A DNA stretch of 64,000 bases from Oceanispirochaeta sp. (GTDB taxonomy: Bacteria > Spirochaetota > Spirochaetia > DSM-2461): positions 1,312,001 to 1,376,000 of the forward strand of contig CAXXOA010000001.1 in assembly GCA_963666275.2 (NCBI GenBank), read 5' to 3'. The notes beneath the pieces are model-generated. The model worked only from the letters and a program-made list of their open reading frames with translations. It was not told where the DNA came from and searched no databases. Shown in pieces: positions 11,661 through 21,408 of the stretch; the stretch's first letter is position 1, and every line of letters begins with the position of its first letter. The position numbers and the translations under genes are program-made.

Positions 11661-11960
11661 ATGAAACAATACACAATGGATCAGCGCTTAGCTCTTTTGG
11701 CAGAGTGGAAACAGTCCGGAAAATCTGTAAGTCAGTTCTGCCGGGATAAAAAACTGAAAACAACGACATTCCACGGATGGCAAAAGCGGTATAACCGGAA
11801 AACTCAATCCTTGATTGAAGTTCCGATGAAAAGGCCCTTAGATAAAGAAATGGGATCCATTGAATTGCAATGGAAATCCTACCGGATAAAACTGGATCGG
11901 AACTTTGATATAATCACATTGAAGAAACTGCTCCAGACCCTGGAAGAGTGCAATGATTAA
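11661..11960 (+). CDS. tnpA: IS66 accessory protein TnpA (HTH)
   Basis: WKQSGKSVSQFCR...TFHGW HTH; AGGAG RBS; inside the IS. Confidence 0.9.
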   Translation: MKQYTMDQRLALLAEWKQSGKSVSQFCRDKKLKTTTFHGWQKRYNRKTQSLIEVPMKRPLDKEMGSIELQWKSYRIKLDRNFDIITLKKLLQTLEECND

Positions 11961-12300
11961 GGATTTCTCCCAAGTCAAAATATTTATCCGTCCCGGTGTT
12001 ACGGATATGAGAAAAGCTATAAACGGTTTGGCTGTAGAGGTTCAAGATGAGATGGCTCTTGATCCTTTTTGCGGTTCTCTTTTCATGTTCTGTAATAAAC
12101 AGAGACGGATTCTGAAGGCCCTCTATTGGGATCAGACAGGGTTCTGCCTCTGGCAGAAGCGTTTGGAAAAGTACCGTTTTCCCTGGCCGGATACGGAAGA
12201 AGCTGCAAAAGCCATCAGCTTTGAAGAACTCTCTATGCTTTTAAAGGGTATTGATTTCTGGAAGGCTCATGAATCATTGAAATATTCAGAAATTGCCTGA
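11953..12300 (+). CDS. tnpB: IS66 accessory protein TnpB
   Basis: TDMRKAINGL, LYWDQTGFCLWQKRLEKYRFPWP. Confidence 0.95.
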   Translation: MIKDFSQVKIFIRPGVTDMRKAINGLAVEVQDEMALDPFCGSLFMFCNKQRRILKALYWDQTGFCLWQKRLEKYRFPWPDTEEAAKAISFEELSMLLKGIDFWKAHESLKYSEIA

Positions 12301-12341
12301 AAGGAATTTACTCAAATTCCAGACTTTGCTAAAATTCTTTT

Positions 12342-13913
12342 ATGGATATTGCCTCTCTTCCTTTAGAAGCGCAAAGAGAATTCCTTTTGCTGAAACAGCA
12401 ACTCGCTGAATCAAAAGCCCAGAACCAGAACTGGGAAAAGAAATATCAGCTTCTTGAAGAGAAGTTGGCTTTGGCATTGCATCGTCAATTCGGTCGAAGA
12501 GCAGAAAATATTCCTGATCAGATTGAATTATTTGATACAGATGAAGCTGTGACTCCAGAGGAAGACAGTTCGGTAGAACAGCAAATAGATTCTTACAAGC
12601 GTAAGAAAACAGGCAGAAAGCCTCTGGATGAGAACCTTCCCCGTAAAGAAAAGATTATTGATATTCCTGAGGATGAAAAAACCTGTGCCTGCGGTACGGA
12701 ACTGAAGAAAATCGGGGAAGAGATCTCTGAGAAACTGCATGTGATTCCTCCCCGTATCTGGGTAGAGCGGATTATCCGGTTTAAATATGCCTGTGGTAAT
12801 TGCGAAGGAACCGCCGATGAAGATATTCCTGCTGTAAAGATTGCCCCTCCGGAGCCTTCCATCATCCCCAAAGGGATAGTTACTCCCGGTCTGTTGGCAT
12901 TTCTGATGGTAAACAAGTACGTGGACCATCTTCCTTTTTACCGACAGGAAAAGCGGTTTGAGCGAATGGGAGCCCGGATTAGCCGTCAGAATATGAGTAA
13001 TTGGCAAAAAAAGGCTTTTGAAGCTCTTCTCCCTCTCTTCGAACTGCTGAAAATACATACAAAATCCGGTGTGGTTCTTCAAATGGATGAAACAACCGTA
13101 CAGGTTCTGAATGAACCATGTCGGGATAACAAACAAAAATCCTATATGTGGCTGGCCAGAGGCGGTCCTCCGGGACAACAAGCTGTTTATTATGAATACC
13201 ATCCGACACGGGCATCGGAACATGCAAAGAATTTTCTCACAGGTTTTAAAGGGTATCTTCAAACCGATGGATATCAAGGATACAAAACCGCGGTAGAAGG
13301 CAATCCCGATATACATCTGGTAGGTTGCTTTGCTCATGCCAGAAGGAAGTTCTTTGAGGCTGATAAAGCCAGTAAAAAATCTAAAAGTGCTCTGGAAGGA
13401 ATCAAGCATATCAAGAAGCTCTATGCCTTGGAAAAAGATCTAAGGAGTAGAAAATTATCTTCTGAAGATTTCCTGGAACAACGGAAAAGCAAGGCTGAGC
13501 CTATTCTTGATGCATTTAAACGATGGCTGGATAAACGTTCTGAGAATATTCTACCGGAAAGTGCTTTGGGAAAAGCGGTTCACTATGCATTGAATCAATG
13601 GGATTATTTGATTCGATATCTGGAAAGCCCCTATCTGACTCCGGATAATAATGCCAGTGAAAATGCTATTCGTCCTTTTGTTCTGGGGAGGAAAAACTGG
13701 CTATTTTCCGGGAATCCCAAAGGGGCAGACAGTTCCTGCGGGATGTATTCTCTGATTGAGACTGCAAAACAAAATAATTTGAATCCCTTTGATTATCTGC
13801 ATTATGTTTTCTCTAAAGCTCCGCTCATCAATAATGAACAAGAATGGGAAGAATTATTACCATGGAATTTAAAAGATAACATTACGGCTGATAAAGGGCC
13901 TGTGTTTATTTGA
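12342..13913 (+). CDS. tnpC: IS66 DDE transposase TnpC
   Basis: Zn ribbon CACG/CGNC, KYVDHLPFYRQ, QMDET, LQTDGY, CFAHARRKF, DNNASENAIRP, LLPWN; stop codon lies inside the right IR. Confidence 0.96.
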   Translation: MDIASLPLEAQREFLLLKQQLAESKAQNQNWEKKYQLLEEKLALALHRQFGRRAENIPDQIELFDTDEAVTPEEDSSVEQQIDSYKRKKTGRKPLDENLPRKEKIIDIPEDEKTCACGTELKKIGEEISEKLHVIPPRIWVERIIRFKYACGNCEGTADEDIPAVKIAPPEPSIIPKGIVTPGLLAFLMVNKYVDHLPFYRQEKRFERMGARISRQNMSNWQKKAFEALLPLFELLKIHTKSGVVLQMDETTVQVLNEPCRDNKQKSYMWLARGGPPGQQAVYYEYHPTRASEHAKNFLTGFKGYLQTDGYQGYKTAVEGNPDIHLVGCFAHARRKFFEADKASKKSKSALEGIKHIKKLYALEKDLRSRKLSSEDFLEQRKSKAEPILDAFKRWLDKRSENILPESALGKAVHYALNQWDYLIRYLESPYLTPDNNASENAIRPFVLGRKNWLFSGNPKGADSSCGMYSLIETAKQNNLNPFDYLHYVFSKAPLINNEQEWEELLPWNLKDNITADKGPVFI

Positions 13914-15178
13914 CGCTTACGGAATACGAAGTAGGCCCGGCATTCACTGCTATTATCCGCTCCTATCTGGAGCGGTCCCTGATTTTCAATCTGGTGGACG
14001 AAGAGCTCCGGGATGAGATGATCGAAGAGATCAAATTCTCCCTTTCGGGACTGGCTTCCGGGGAGCTTGAAACCGGCGGGATCAAGCTGGCTGAGTACTT
14101 CCTGGTGGGCAGCGTCACCGAGCTGGGAGCAGACTTCCGCCTTACCCTGCAGCTTGTGTCGGTGGAAACCGGCGAGGTTGTGGGAAGCGCCGGTAAGGCT
14201 ATTCCCAAAGAAGAGGTTTTTGAAACCTCCGAAGCCTATACCGCCGCCTATGTGAGCCCCTACGGACTGGGAATCGAGTTCGGAGTGATCCCCTGGGCCA
14301 CTACCATGGGAGAGATGGCCCAAAGGGAAGGGCAGCCCCATCCCCAGGAGTTTAACCTCTTTTCCATTATGCTCCATTACAGGATCCGCAAGTGGCTTGT
14401 GGCCTGGGGCGGTCTGGCCCTGGCTCCGGGAGCTGTCCGGTTTGACAAGTCCTATAATGAGAAGGGCATTAATCTGGATGCGGAGGACGTGGAGAATATG
14501 GGAGCCGATCTTCCCGAGGGATCAACGATAACCTACTCCAAAGACAGATCTCCCTATTTTTCTCTCCATCTGGGAGCCGGGTATGTATGGAACTTTTCTA
14601 AAACCCTGAACCTCACGGCCGGGGCGGAGCTGAGTATGGCCCAGACCTTTCTGGAACAGGAATACACTATACCACTGGATGATACCCAGATGTCCTACGG
14701 AACCTATACGGTGACTTCCAATGATATTTCCCTGTATACAATCGCCCCGACTTTAAAGGTACAGTATTTTGTGACCCCCCGGGTGGCTTTTCAGTTTACC
14801 TACCAGTTCAAATATCAGATGAATAAGGATACCGAATCCACCAACTACTTTTTCCGGGACGGCTCCTACGGGGACGGAGCTCCGATTCCGGAACTCTATG
14901 ATCTGGATCCTACGGTTGATCCCTATGGCGAGAAGCATATCACCGATATGTCGGGCCATACGGTTAATATGGGGGTGGGGTTTTATTTTTAGATTAGAAA
15001 GACGAATATCTCTCTTTATGCATTATCCTATTCCTGAATATTTGGCATAGACTGTGAAATATGACTATTCTATAGAAAAATCCCATGACACAGCCATTGT
15101 GAACTGGAAAGGGAATGAATTTTAAACATCCCCTGTAAAGGGAGAATGGAATGAAACACAAGAGAGGAAATTGATCAT

Positions 15179-15643
15179 ATGAAAAAAACCGATAAACCGA
15201 AATTTTTTGAAAAATATGCCTGGATCCTTTTTCTTATCATAGGATTTCTGGTTCTTATAGGCGCCATACCCCATACCCTTGGAAACAATACCGATCCGGG
15301 ACTAGTGATAACCATCAGCGGTTACACCATCGAAGAGCTTCAAGCATCCTATCCTGATATTTTCAATCTCTACGATTTCTATTTCAGAGGCGGCGGACTA
15401 TCGGATCTGGGCTTTGCCGTGCTTATGATCGTCCTTTCCTTAACGGCCTTCAGGACCGGGCAGAAATGGTCCTGGTACACATTCTGGGTTTTTCCGGCCT
15501 ACTTTCTCAGCTGGATCTTTCTCTGTCTGCCGCTCCCTGAGGAAGCCAGGGCAATGCTGATCCCCCCTCTAACTGTGCTGACTGCTGTGTGCACCATCGG
15601 ATTGATTTTACCTGTCAGAATCTTTCTGGGAAAGGAGAAATAA
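15179..15643 (+). CDS. Small membrane protein (about 4 TM), function unknown
   Basis: 154 aa with four hydrophobic segments; GAGG RBS. Confidence 0.7.
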   Translation: MKKTDKPKFFEKYAWILFLIIGFLVLIGAIPHTLGNNTDPGLVITISGYTIEELQASYPDIFNLYDFYFRGGGLSDLGFAVLMIVLSLTAFRTGQKWSWYTFWVFPAYFLSWIFLCLPLPEEARAMLIPPLTVLTAVCTIGLILPVRIFLGKEK

Positions 15644-15766
15644 AGACTCAGAGCTCCCCAGGCATCCTGAAACAGCATCAGAATTGCGGTCTTTAATGGG
15701 GAGGGAATAGATTAAAAATCTGCAGGAAAACTCCTCAGGAGGGAGAATTCCGGGTATAGTATCCCC

Positions 15767-16636
15767 ATGCATTTTAAAGAGGCCAAAGGCATATTATCCC
15801 CGAAAAACGGCATGAATCTCAGCCGGGGCTGTACCCACGGGTGCATCTACTGCGATTCCCGCAGTGAAATCTACGGGATGGACCATGATTTTGAGGATGT
15901 GGAGATAAAGGTCAACGCACCGGAACTGCTGAGAAAGAAGCTTGCCTCCAAAAGAAAAAAATGCATGATCGGCACCGGCTCCATGAGCGATCCCTATATA
16001 CCTGTGAAAGAGAGCCTGGCCAATACGCGGGCCTGTCTGGAGATTATCCAGGAATACGGATTCGGCGTTACAGTCATAACGAAATCCAGACTGATCCTGC
16101 GGGATCTGGATCTGCTGAAAAGCATTAATGAAAAGTCTAAATGCATTGTCCAGATGACTCTTACCACCTACGATGAAGATCTCTGCCGCATCCTGGAGCC
16201 CCGGGTTTCTACAAGTCGGGAAAGGTTTGATACCCTGAAAATCCTGGGAGACCATGGCATTGATACGGTCGTCTGGCTCTGTCCCATCCTGCCCTGGATC
16301 AATGATACGGCAGAGAATATCCGGGGACTCCTGGAGTACTGCCGGGAGGCCGGGGTAAAAGGGATTCTCTGTTTCGGCATGGGGGTCACTCTCCGGGAGG
16401 GGAACCGGGAGTATTTCTATGAGCAGCTGAGGAAAAGCTTTCCCGGCCTGGAAGAAAGATACAGAAGAACCTTCGGTAACAGCTACAGCCTGGGCAGTGA
16501 AAGGAACAGAGAACTGATGGACCTGTATCACAGGTTCTGCCGGGAAGAGGGAATCCTTCACGATAACGATGAAATATTCCGGTATCTGGCAGCCTTTCCG
16601 GAGAAAGAGGACAATTCCCAGCTGTCTCTGTTCTGA
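15767..16636 (+). CDS. Radical SAM protein, spore-photoproduct-lyase-like (Rv2578c-type)
   Basis: RGCTHGCIYC (CxxxCxxC), IGTGSMSDPY, ITKS, ILPWIND; C-terminal QLSLF. Confidence 0.85.
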   Translation: MHFKEAKGILSPKNGMNLSRGCTHGCIYCDSRSEIYGMDHDFEDVEIKVNAPELLRKKLASKRKKCMIGTGSMSDPYIPVKESLANTRACLEIIQEYGFGVTVITKSRLILRDLDLLKSINEKSKCIVQMTLTTYDEDLCRILEPRVSTSRERFDTLKILGDHGIDTVVWLCPILPWINDTAENIRGLLEYCREAGVKGILCFGMGVTLREGNREYFYEQLRKSFPGLEERYRRTFGNSYSLGSERNRELMDLYHRFCREEGILHDNDEIFRYLAAFPEKEDNSQLSLF

Positions 16637-16702
16637 GGGGGAGGGAACTGCCTGCTTCCGGGATGCTCAGAATACAGAGGTTTGGAAAAGGACGGGAAGG
16701 GA

Positions 16703-17116
16703 ATGACAGCTGAGTACCTGTTTGTCTACGGCACACTCAGAAAAGACATCGTCCGGGCGGAACGGCCGGGAATCCTGGAAGAGCACGGCATCTACTGCGG
16801 GGAAGGCTGGCTTTACGGGGAGCTCTATGAAATTGATCATTACCCGGGAGCAGTAATTTCGGAAGAGAATTCCCACTGTGTTAAAGGGGAAATCTACAGC
16901 GTCCTGAAGGGGACCCGGGTCTGGCAGGTTCTGGATGACTATGAGGAGTGCTCCGACGCCTATCCAGAGCCCCGTGAATATAGGAGGGTCCAGCAGGAGA
17001 TCCATATGGAAAGCGGGGAGAGAGTCACGGCCTGGGTCTATCTGTACAACCGGGATACAGAGGGGCTGGAGAGGATCGAATCGGGGGATTACCTGGAATA
17101 TCTGGCAGGGAAATAA
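16703..17116 (+). CDS. Gamma-glutamylcyclotransferase family protein
   Basis: LFVYGTLR, YPG, VKGEIY, LDDYE, AWVYLYN, IESGDY. Confidence 0.88.
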   Translation: MTAEYLFVYGTLRKDIVRAERPGILEEHGIYCGEGWLYGELYEIDHYPGAVISEENSHCVKGEIYSVLKGTRVWQVLDDYEECSDAYPEPREYRRVQQEIHMESGERVTAWVYLYNRDTEGLERIESGDYLEYLAGK

Positions 17117-17280
17117 TTGGAAATTCAGGCCTTGTCAAATCTGCGAAGTTGCAGATACACTGAATTTTACAAATCGATCCTGCTGAAAAGGGGGAGTCAG
17201 GAATGCCTGTTTCTGTCCCGTAGAAAAACAGCGGGATGAGAGAACAGTCCCTATCTGGAACAGGAATATCTGGAGTGAGT

Positions 17281-18897
17281 GTGAAAGTACTGATCGCCGA
17301 TGATGAACACAGAGTATGCCAGCTGATCAGGCATCTTATTCCCTGGGAAGAGTTCGGTCTGGACCTTGCCGGTATTGCCTACAACGGAATCGAAGCCTAT
17401 GAACTGATACGGACGGAGAAACCGGATATTGTCATCACAGATATCCGCATGCCCGGCTATGACGGGCTGACACTCCTTGAAAAAAGCAAGGAGCTGGATC
17501 CTTCCATCAGTTTTATTATTGTCAGCGGGTACAAGGACTTTGAGTATGCCCAGAAAGCCCTGAAATACGGAGCGGAAGACTATATTCTGAAACCTGTCTC
17601 CCATGATGATATCAACAGGATCCTGCGGAAGATCATCGACAGAAGGAACAGTGATCAGAACAGAATTCAGGAAGCCCTGGAAACCAGGGAGGAACTGGAA
17701 CAGAACAGGAATATCCTCAAAAAGGAGCTTGTTAAAAAGCTTCTCAATAGTGATTTCAAATTAGACAGCGAGACCCGGCAGAGTTTATCAAATGGAAATA
17801 TTGTGAATTTCCAGGCCCCCTGTTTTATGGTGTTTATCATTCAGGCGGACTGCATAGATCAGTCCCTTCTGGGGACAGAGCATTACAGTATCTCTGTAAA
17901 AATACTGGAAAGAGTGGAAGAGTTGGTCAACTCCCATGCCGGAGTGGAGGGGATCGAAACTCTGAGTGCCTATACAAAGTACAGTCTGATCTACCTGTGG
18001 GAGTGCCCCGGGCCTGCCATCAGCCGGGACGACTGGGAGCGGCTCCAGGAACAGGCCTCTCAGAAAATTGCCGGTTTCAGTGACTGGAGGGTCACATTCT
18101 GCATGGGGGGCGTGTATCCGGGCCTTGAGAATCTCAGTGCCAGCTATTCCGATGCCGAACTGATACGAAAAGACCGTCTGTTTCAGGGAACCGGGAAGGT
18201 GCTTACCCTGCGGCCGGATCTTCCCGGTTTTGAGAAATTTGAACAGCCTGACAGTGCCCCTCTGGCCGATGCGGTCAATAGAGTCCTGGAGAATCAGGAT
18301 CTGGACCAGTTTGCCTATGGGATCTCCACCTATGTGATCGGACTGACCCGGACGATTACTCATCCGGATCAGCTTTTCCGGACCTATCGATTTCTCTGTG
18401 ATGCGATTTTTGAACAGTTCAGAAAACTCAATGTGAACGGGGATTATATAGGCGAAGCATACGAAACGGCTGCATCCATATTAGACCTGACTCACAATAT
18501 GAAACTCATGAATACCCGTTTGTCCCGGCTGTTCAAAGATATGGCGAAAACTGTAATTTCCTCCCGGAAAGTGCTGGACAATAAACCCATCAGAATCGCC
18601 AAGGATTACATCTCCCGGAATTATGCCGAACCCATCGATCTTAATATGGTTGCCGCCCAGGCCGGTCTGAATCCCATCTATTTCAGTACCCTGTTCAAAA
18701 AGGAAACAGGAATGAATTTCAAGGACTTTCTGGTGGATATCCGTCTTGAGAAGGCCAGGGAGCTGCTTGTGAACAGCAATGAGACCATTCAGGAGATCAG
18801 TCACCTGGTGGGGTACAGGGATACAAGGTATTTCAGCAGAATATTTGCCAGGAATGTAGGCTTGAAACCCAATATCTACAGAAAAATCCATGGCTGA
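17281..18897 (+). CDS. YesN-type response regulator (receiver + C-terminal AraC HTH)
   Basis: VLIADDE, ITDIRMP, YILKP; C-terminal YFSTLFKKETG...YFSRIF. Likely GTG start 17281 after GGAG (ORF opens at 17236). Confidence 0.9.
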   Translation: MKVLIADDEHRVCQLIRHLIPWEEFGLDLAGIAYNGIEAYELIRTEKPDIVITDIRMPGYDGLTLLEKSKELDPSISFIIVSGYKDFEYAQKALKYGAEDYILKPVSHDDINRILRKIIDRRNSDQNRIQEALETREELEQNRNILKKELVKKLLNSDFKLDSETRQSLSNGNIVNFQAPCFMVFIIQADCIDQSLLGTEHYSISVKILERVEELVNSHAGVEGIETLSAYTKYSLIYLWECPGPAISRDDWERLQEQASQKIAGFSDWRVTFCMGGVYPGLENLSASYSDAELIRKDRLFQGTGKVLTLRPDLPGFEKFEQPDSAPLADAVNRVLENQDLDQFAYGISTYVIGLTRTITHPDQLFRTYRFLCDAIFEQFRKLNVNGDYIGEAYETAASILDLTHNMKLMNTRLSRLFKDMAKTVISSRKVLDNKPIRIAKDYISRNYAEPIDLNMVAAQAGLNPIYFSTLFKKETGMNFKDFLVDIRLEKARELLVNSNETIQEISHLVGYRDTRYFSRIFARNVGLKPNIYRKIHG

Positions 18898-19924
18898 TTA
18901 CAAGCTGCACTCCCACTCCCTGGCTGTTGAGCTCAAAAGGCATGTGGCTTTTCTTGTCCTGCTGGGCGTTCTCTTCCTGACGCTGACCTGTCTTCCTGTT
19001 CCCCGGGAATTGTGGGGAACCCTGGGCCGGGTGATCCTGGGCATTCTGCTTTTGGGGGATCTGGTTTCCCTGATTGTGTATGTCTACAGGCCTATTCGGA
19101 AAATGGAAGAGGCAATGAAACTGCTCACCCGGGGAGAACAATCCATTTTTGAGGAATTCAAACCGGAAAAAGACAGTGTCACCCTGTCCATCCATCTGCA
19201 TGAGCTCATTGAGATGCTCAAGCAGTCCCTTGATCGGGAGTACACATCGGATCTGCTGAAAAAAGAAGCTGAACTGAAGGCGCTTCAGAGTCAGATCAAT
19301 CCTCACTTCCTGTATAACGTTCTGGATGCTATCCGGGGACATGCCCTGACCGAGGGGGTTCCTGAAATAGCTGAAATGACGGAAGCCCTGTCGAATCTTT
19401 TCCGTTACAGCGTGAGTTACTGGGAAAACGAAGTTTCCCTGAAGAAGGAACTGGGAAATGTGGCCAGTTTTTTTAAAATTCAGCAGTACAGATTCAATAA
19501 CAAGTTTGATCTGCAGATCCTTGCCGGGGAGGATGAAGAGGAAACCCTGAAATGTCTGCTCCCCAAACTGACCCTGCAGCCCATTATTGAGAACTCCATC
19601 TACCACGGCCTGGAGATGAAACTGGATCACGGGCTGGTGACGATCAGAACCAGACTGTCCCGTACGGTCCTGCTTGTTGAAATCAGTGATGACGGGGTGG
19701 GGATGCCCGCAGAAATGGTCGACCAGTTAAACAGCGCCTTCCGGAACTGGCGGGACGCTCCCGGTGACAGAAAGAACTCCCGGGGAAGCGGCATCGCCCT
19801 TGCCAATGTGAACAGCAGGATCAAGATGATGTATGGAGAGGACTACGGACTCCATGTGTACAGTACGGAAAATTTCGGCACCACCGTGGAAATCCAGCTG
19901 CCTGTAAATAAAGAAGAGACATAG
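18890..19924 (+). CDS. YesM/LytS-type sensor histidine kinase with two closely spaced TM helices
   Basis: LQSQINPHFLYNVL, LQPIIENSIYHG, DDGVG, GIALANVNSRI. Confidence 0.9.
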   Translation: MADYKLHSHSLAVELKRHVAFLVLLGVLFLTLTCLPVPRELWGTLGRVILGILLLGDLVSLIVYVYRPIRKMEEAMKLLTRGEQSIFEEFKPEKDSVTLSIHLHELIEMLKQSLDREYTSDLLKKEAELKALQSQINPHFLYNVLDAIRGHALTEGVPEIAEMTEALSNLFRYSVSYWENEVSLKKELGNVASFFKIQQYRFNNKFDLQILAGEDEEETLKCLLPKLTLQPIIENSIYHGLEMKLDHGLVTIRTRLSRTVLLVEISDDGVGMPAEMVDQLNSAFRNWRDAPGDRKNSRGSGIALANVNSRIKMMYGEDYGLHVYSTENFGTTVEIQLPVNKEET

Positions 19925-19953
19925 GCCGCACTTGTGAGACCGGAGCAGGGAAT

Positions 19954-21408
19954 ATGGAAGAGTTAATACGAATCAGAGAACTTTCTACAGAAAACCCCTA
20001 TGAAGCATCCCTCAAGGATTTCAGACTCCAGTCTTTTGAAGGGGAGATCCTCGGGCTGGTGGGGCTGAACGGTTCCGGGAAAAGAACTCTCGTCAAAGTT
20101 CTGTCGGGAGAGATAAATCCTGTCGGCGGCCATGTGTTTCTTCAGGGAAAAGAGATTATCAGCCCCCTTCTGAAACCCGGAAGGAATCAGCTCGAACGGG
20201 AGGGCCTCTTTGTTGTTCAGAATATCAACAGACTTATCAAAGATCTGAGCATTTCAGAAAATCTCTCCATCTCCTCCAATATGAATTTCTTCAGTATGCT
20301 CCGGGCTCCCCACAATCTTGAAAAAATATCAGCCTCTGTTCTGGATGAGTTTATTCCGGAACTGGACCGTGATACCCCTGTGGACTATCTGCCCCCTGCG
20401 GAACATGCCCGGGTCGGTCTTCTGAAAGCCTATATGGAGGGAGCAAAGCTGATTGTTCTGGATGGGGTCCTTGAGGTCTGCCGCCGCAAAGAGGAAGAGG
20501 CGCTGATCACTCTGTTGAAACGGCTCAGGTCCAGAGGAGTGGGGATCATTGTCACCTACAACCGGGTGGCCCCTTTTCTGCAGTCTTTTGACAGGGTTGC
20601 CGTGATCTCCGGCGGGCAGCTTAAGAATATCATGTTCAGGGACAGCTTTAATCAGAGTCAGCTGGCGGACCTGATTGTCGGGGGCAAATACAGGGAACAA
20701 ACAGCTCACCGGGAAAGTTCCGATCCGCCGGTGAGCAGCAGGATCCTGGATGTCAGAAACATTTCTCTGGGAAAGAACTTCAGAAATTGCAGTTTTTATC
20801 TCTGCAGCGGAGAGATCCTGGGCATCCATGATCCTTTGAATGAAACCGCCCACAGGCTTCTTCAGTTGTTCAGCGGCATCATTCCCCTGGAACAGGGGAG
20901 AATCCATATAAACGGAAGAGTGCAGGAGCTTTTGAAAGAGCATAATGCCTTGCAGTCGGGATTAGGGATCGTTTCTGAAAAATTTTTCGAATACTCCTTT
21001 TTCAGAGGTTTGAACGCCGGGGAGAATCTGGAGATCTCGGCCGCGAAATCTGCTTCATCCCTGTGGGGGCACATCCCTTCTTCGTTGCATCACTATTTTC
21101 AGAAGAACTATCTCAGGAGCATAGGATTTTCAGAAGAGCTGCTGGAACAGCCTGTGGAGTATCTTGATCGGGATCTTCAGTTTATCCTGGTGCTTCATAT
21201 GAAGATCCTGAGCGGAGCAAAAATCTTTATTCTTGAAAACCCTGTTCAGAGTGCGGACCTTCTGTCCCGTGATCTTATCTACAGAAAAATGAGCTCTCTG
21301 CGGAAAAAGGGAATGGGTGCCATTTTTATCTCCGGTTCCATGGGCGAACTCGATGGTTTCTGCGACAGAATTCTCTACTGCGACTATAGTGAAGGAATAT
21401 TGAAATGA
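19954..21408 (+). CDS. Degenerate RbsA/MglA-like tandem ABC ATP-binding protein
   Basis: Two-NBD length; Walker A GLNGSGKR, but Walker B is LIVLDGV / IFILENP and there is no LSGG signature. Confidence 0.75.
   Translation: MEELIRIRELSTENPYEASLKDFRLQSFEGEILGLVGLNGSGKRTLVKVLSGEINPVGGHVFLQGKEIISPLLKPGRNQLEREGLFVVQNINRLIKDLSISENLSISSNMNFFSMLRAPHNLEKISASVLDEFIPELDRDTPVDYLPPAEHARVGLLKAYMEGAKLIVLDGVLEVCRRKEEEALITLLKRLRSRGVGIIVTYNRVAPFLQSFDRVAVISGGQLKNIMFRDSFNQSQLADLIVGGKYREQTAHRESSDPPVSSRILDVRNISLGKNFRNCSFYLCSGEILGIHDPLNETAHRLLQLFSGIIPLEQGRIHINGRVQELLKEHNALQSGLGIVSEKFFEYSFFRGLNAGENLEISAAKSASSLWGHIPSSLHHYFQKNYLRSIGFSEELLEQPVEYLDRDLQFILVLHMKILSGAKIFILENPVQSADLLSRDLIYRKMSSLRKKGMGAIFISGSMGELDGFCDRILYCDYSEGILK

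Larger units (their letters stand above)
11590..13920 (+). mobile_element. IS66-family insertion sequence, 2331 bp, apparently intact
   Basis: Perfect 17-bp terminal IRs GTAAGCGTCAAATAAAC (11590-11606) / GTTTATTTGACGCTTAC (13904-13920); 8-bp target duplication GGAATACG at 11582-11589 and 13921-13928; tnpA-tnpB-tnpC. Confidence 0.97.
11534..14992 (+). pseudogene. Second copy of the 3168..4433 outer-membrane protein gene; 5'-deleted and interrupted by IS66
   Basis: 11535-11589 encodes PNLAVLPVQNQSPSAEEY (copy 1: PNLAVFPVQNQSPSAEEY); after the IS, 13921-14992 continues EYEVGPAF...GVGFYF with about 21 aa differences in ~355 aa by manual comparison. Confidence 0.9.

Noticed and set aside
12528..13409. 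Long antisense ORFs (also 45668-46576, 50137-50991, 61026-61823, 18833-19630)
   Set aside because: Each lies fully opposite a well-supported gene and has no recognisable motifs.
13910..14992. Independent intact 360-aa gene
   Set aside because: The TTG start lies in the IS66 right IR; this is the signal-less 3' part of the interrupted duplicate.
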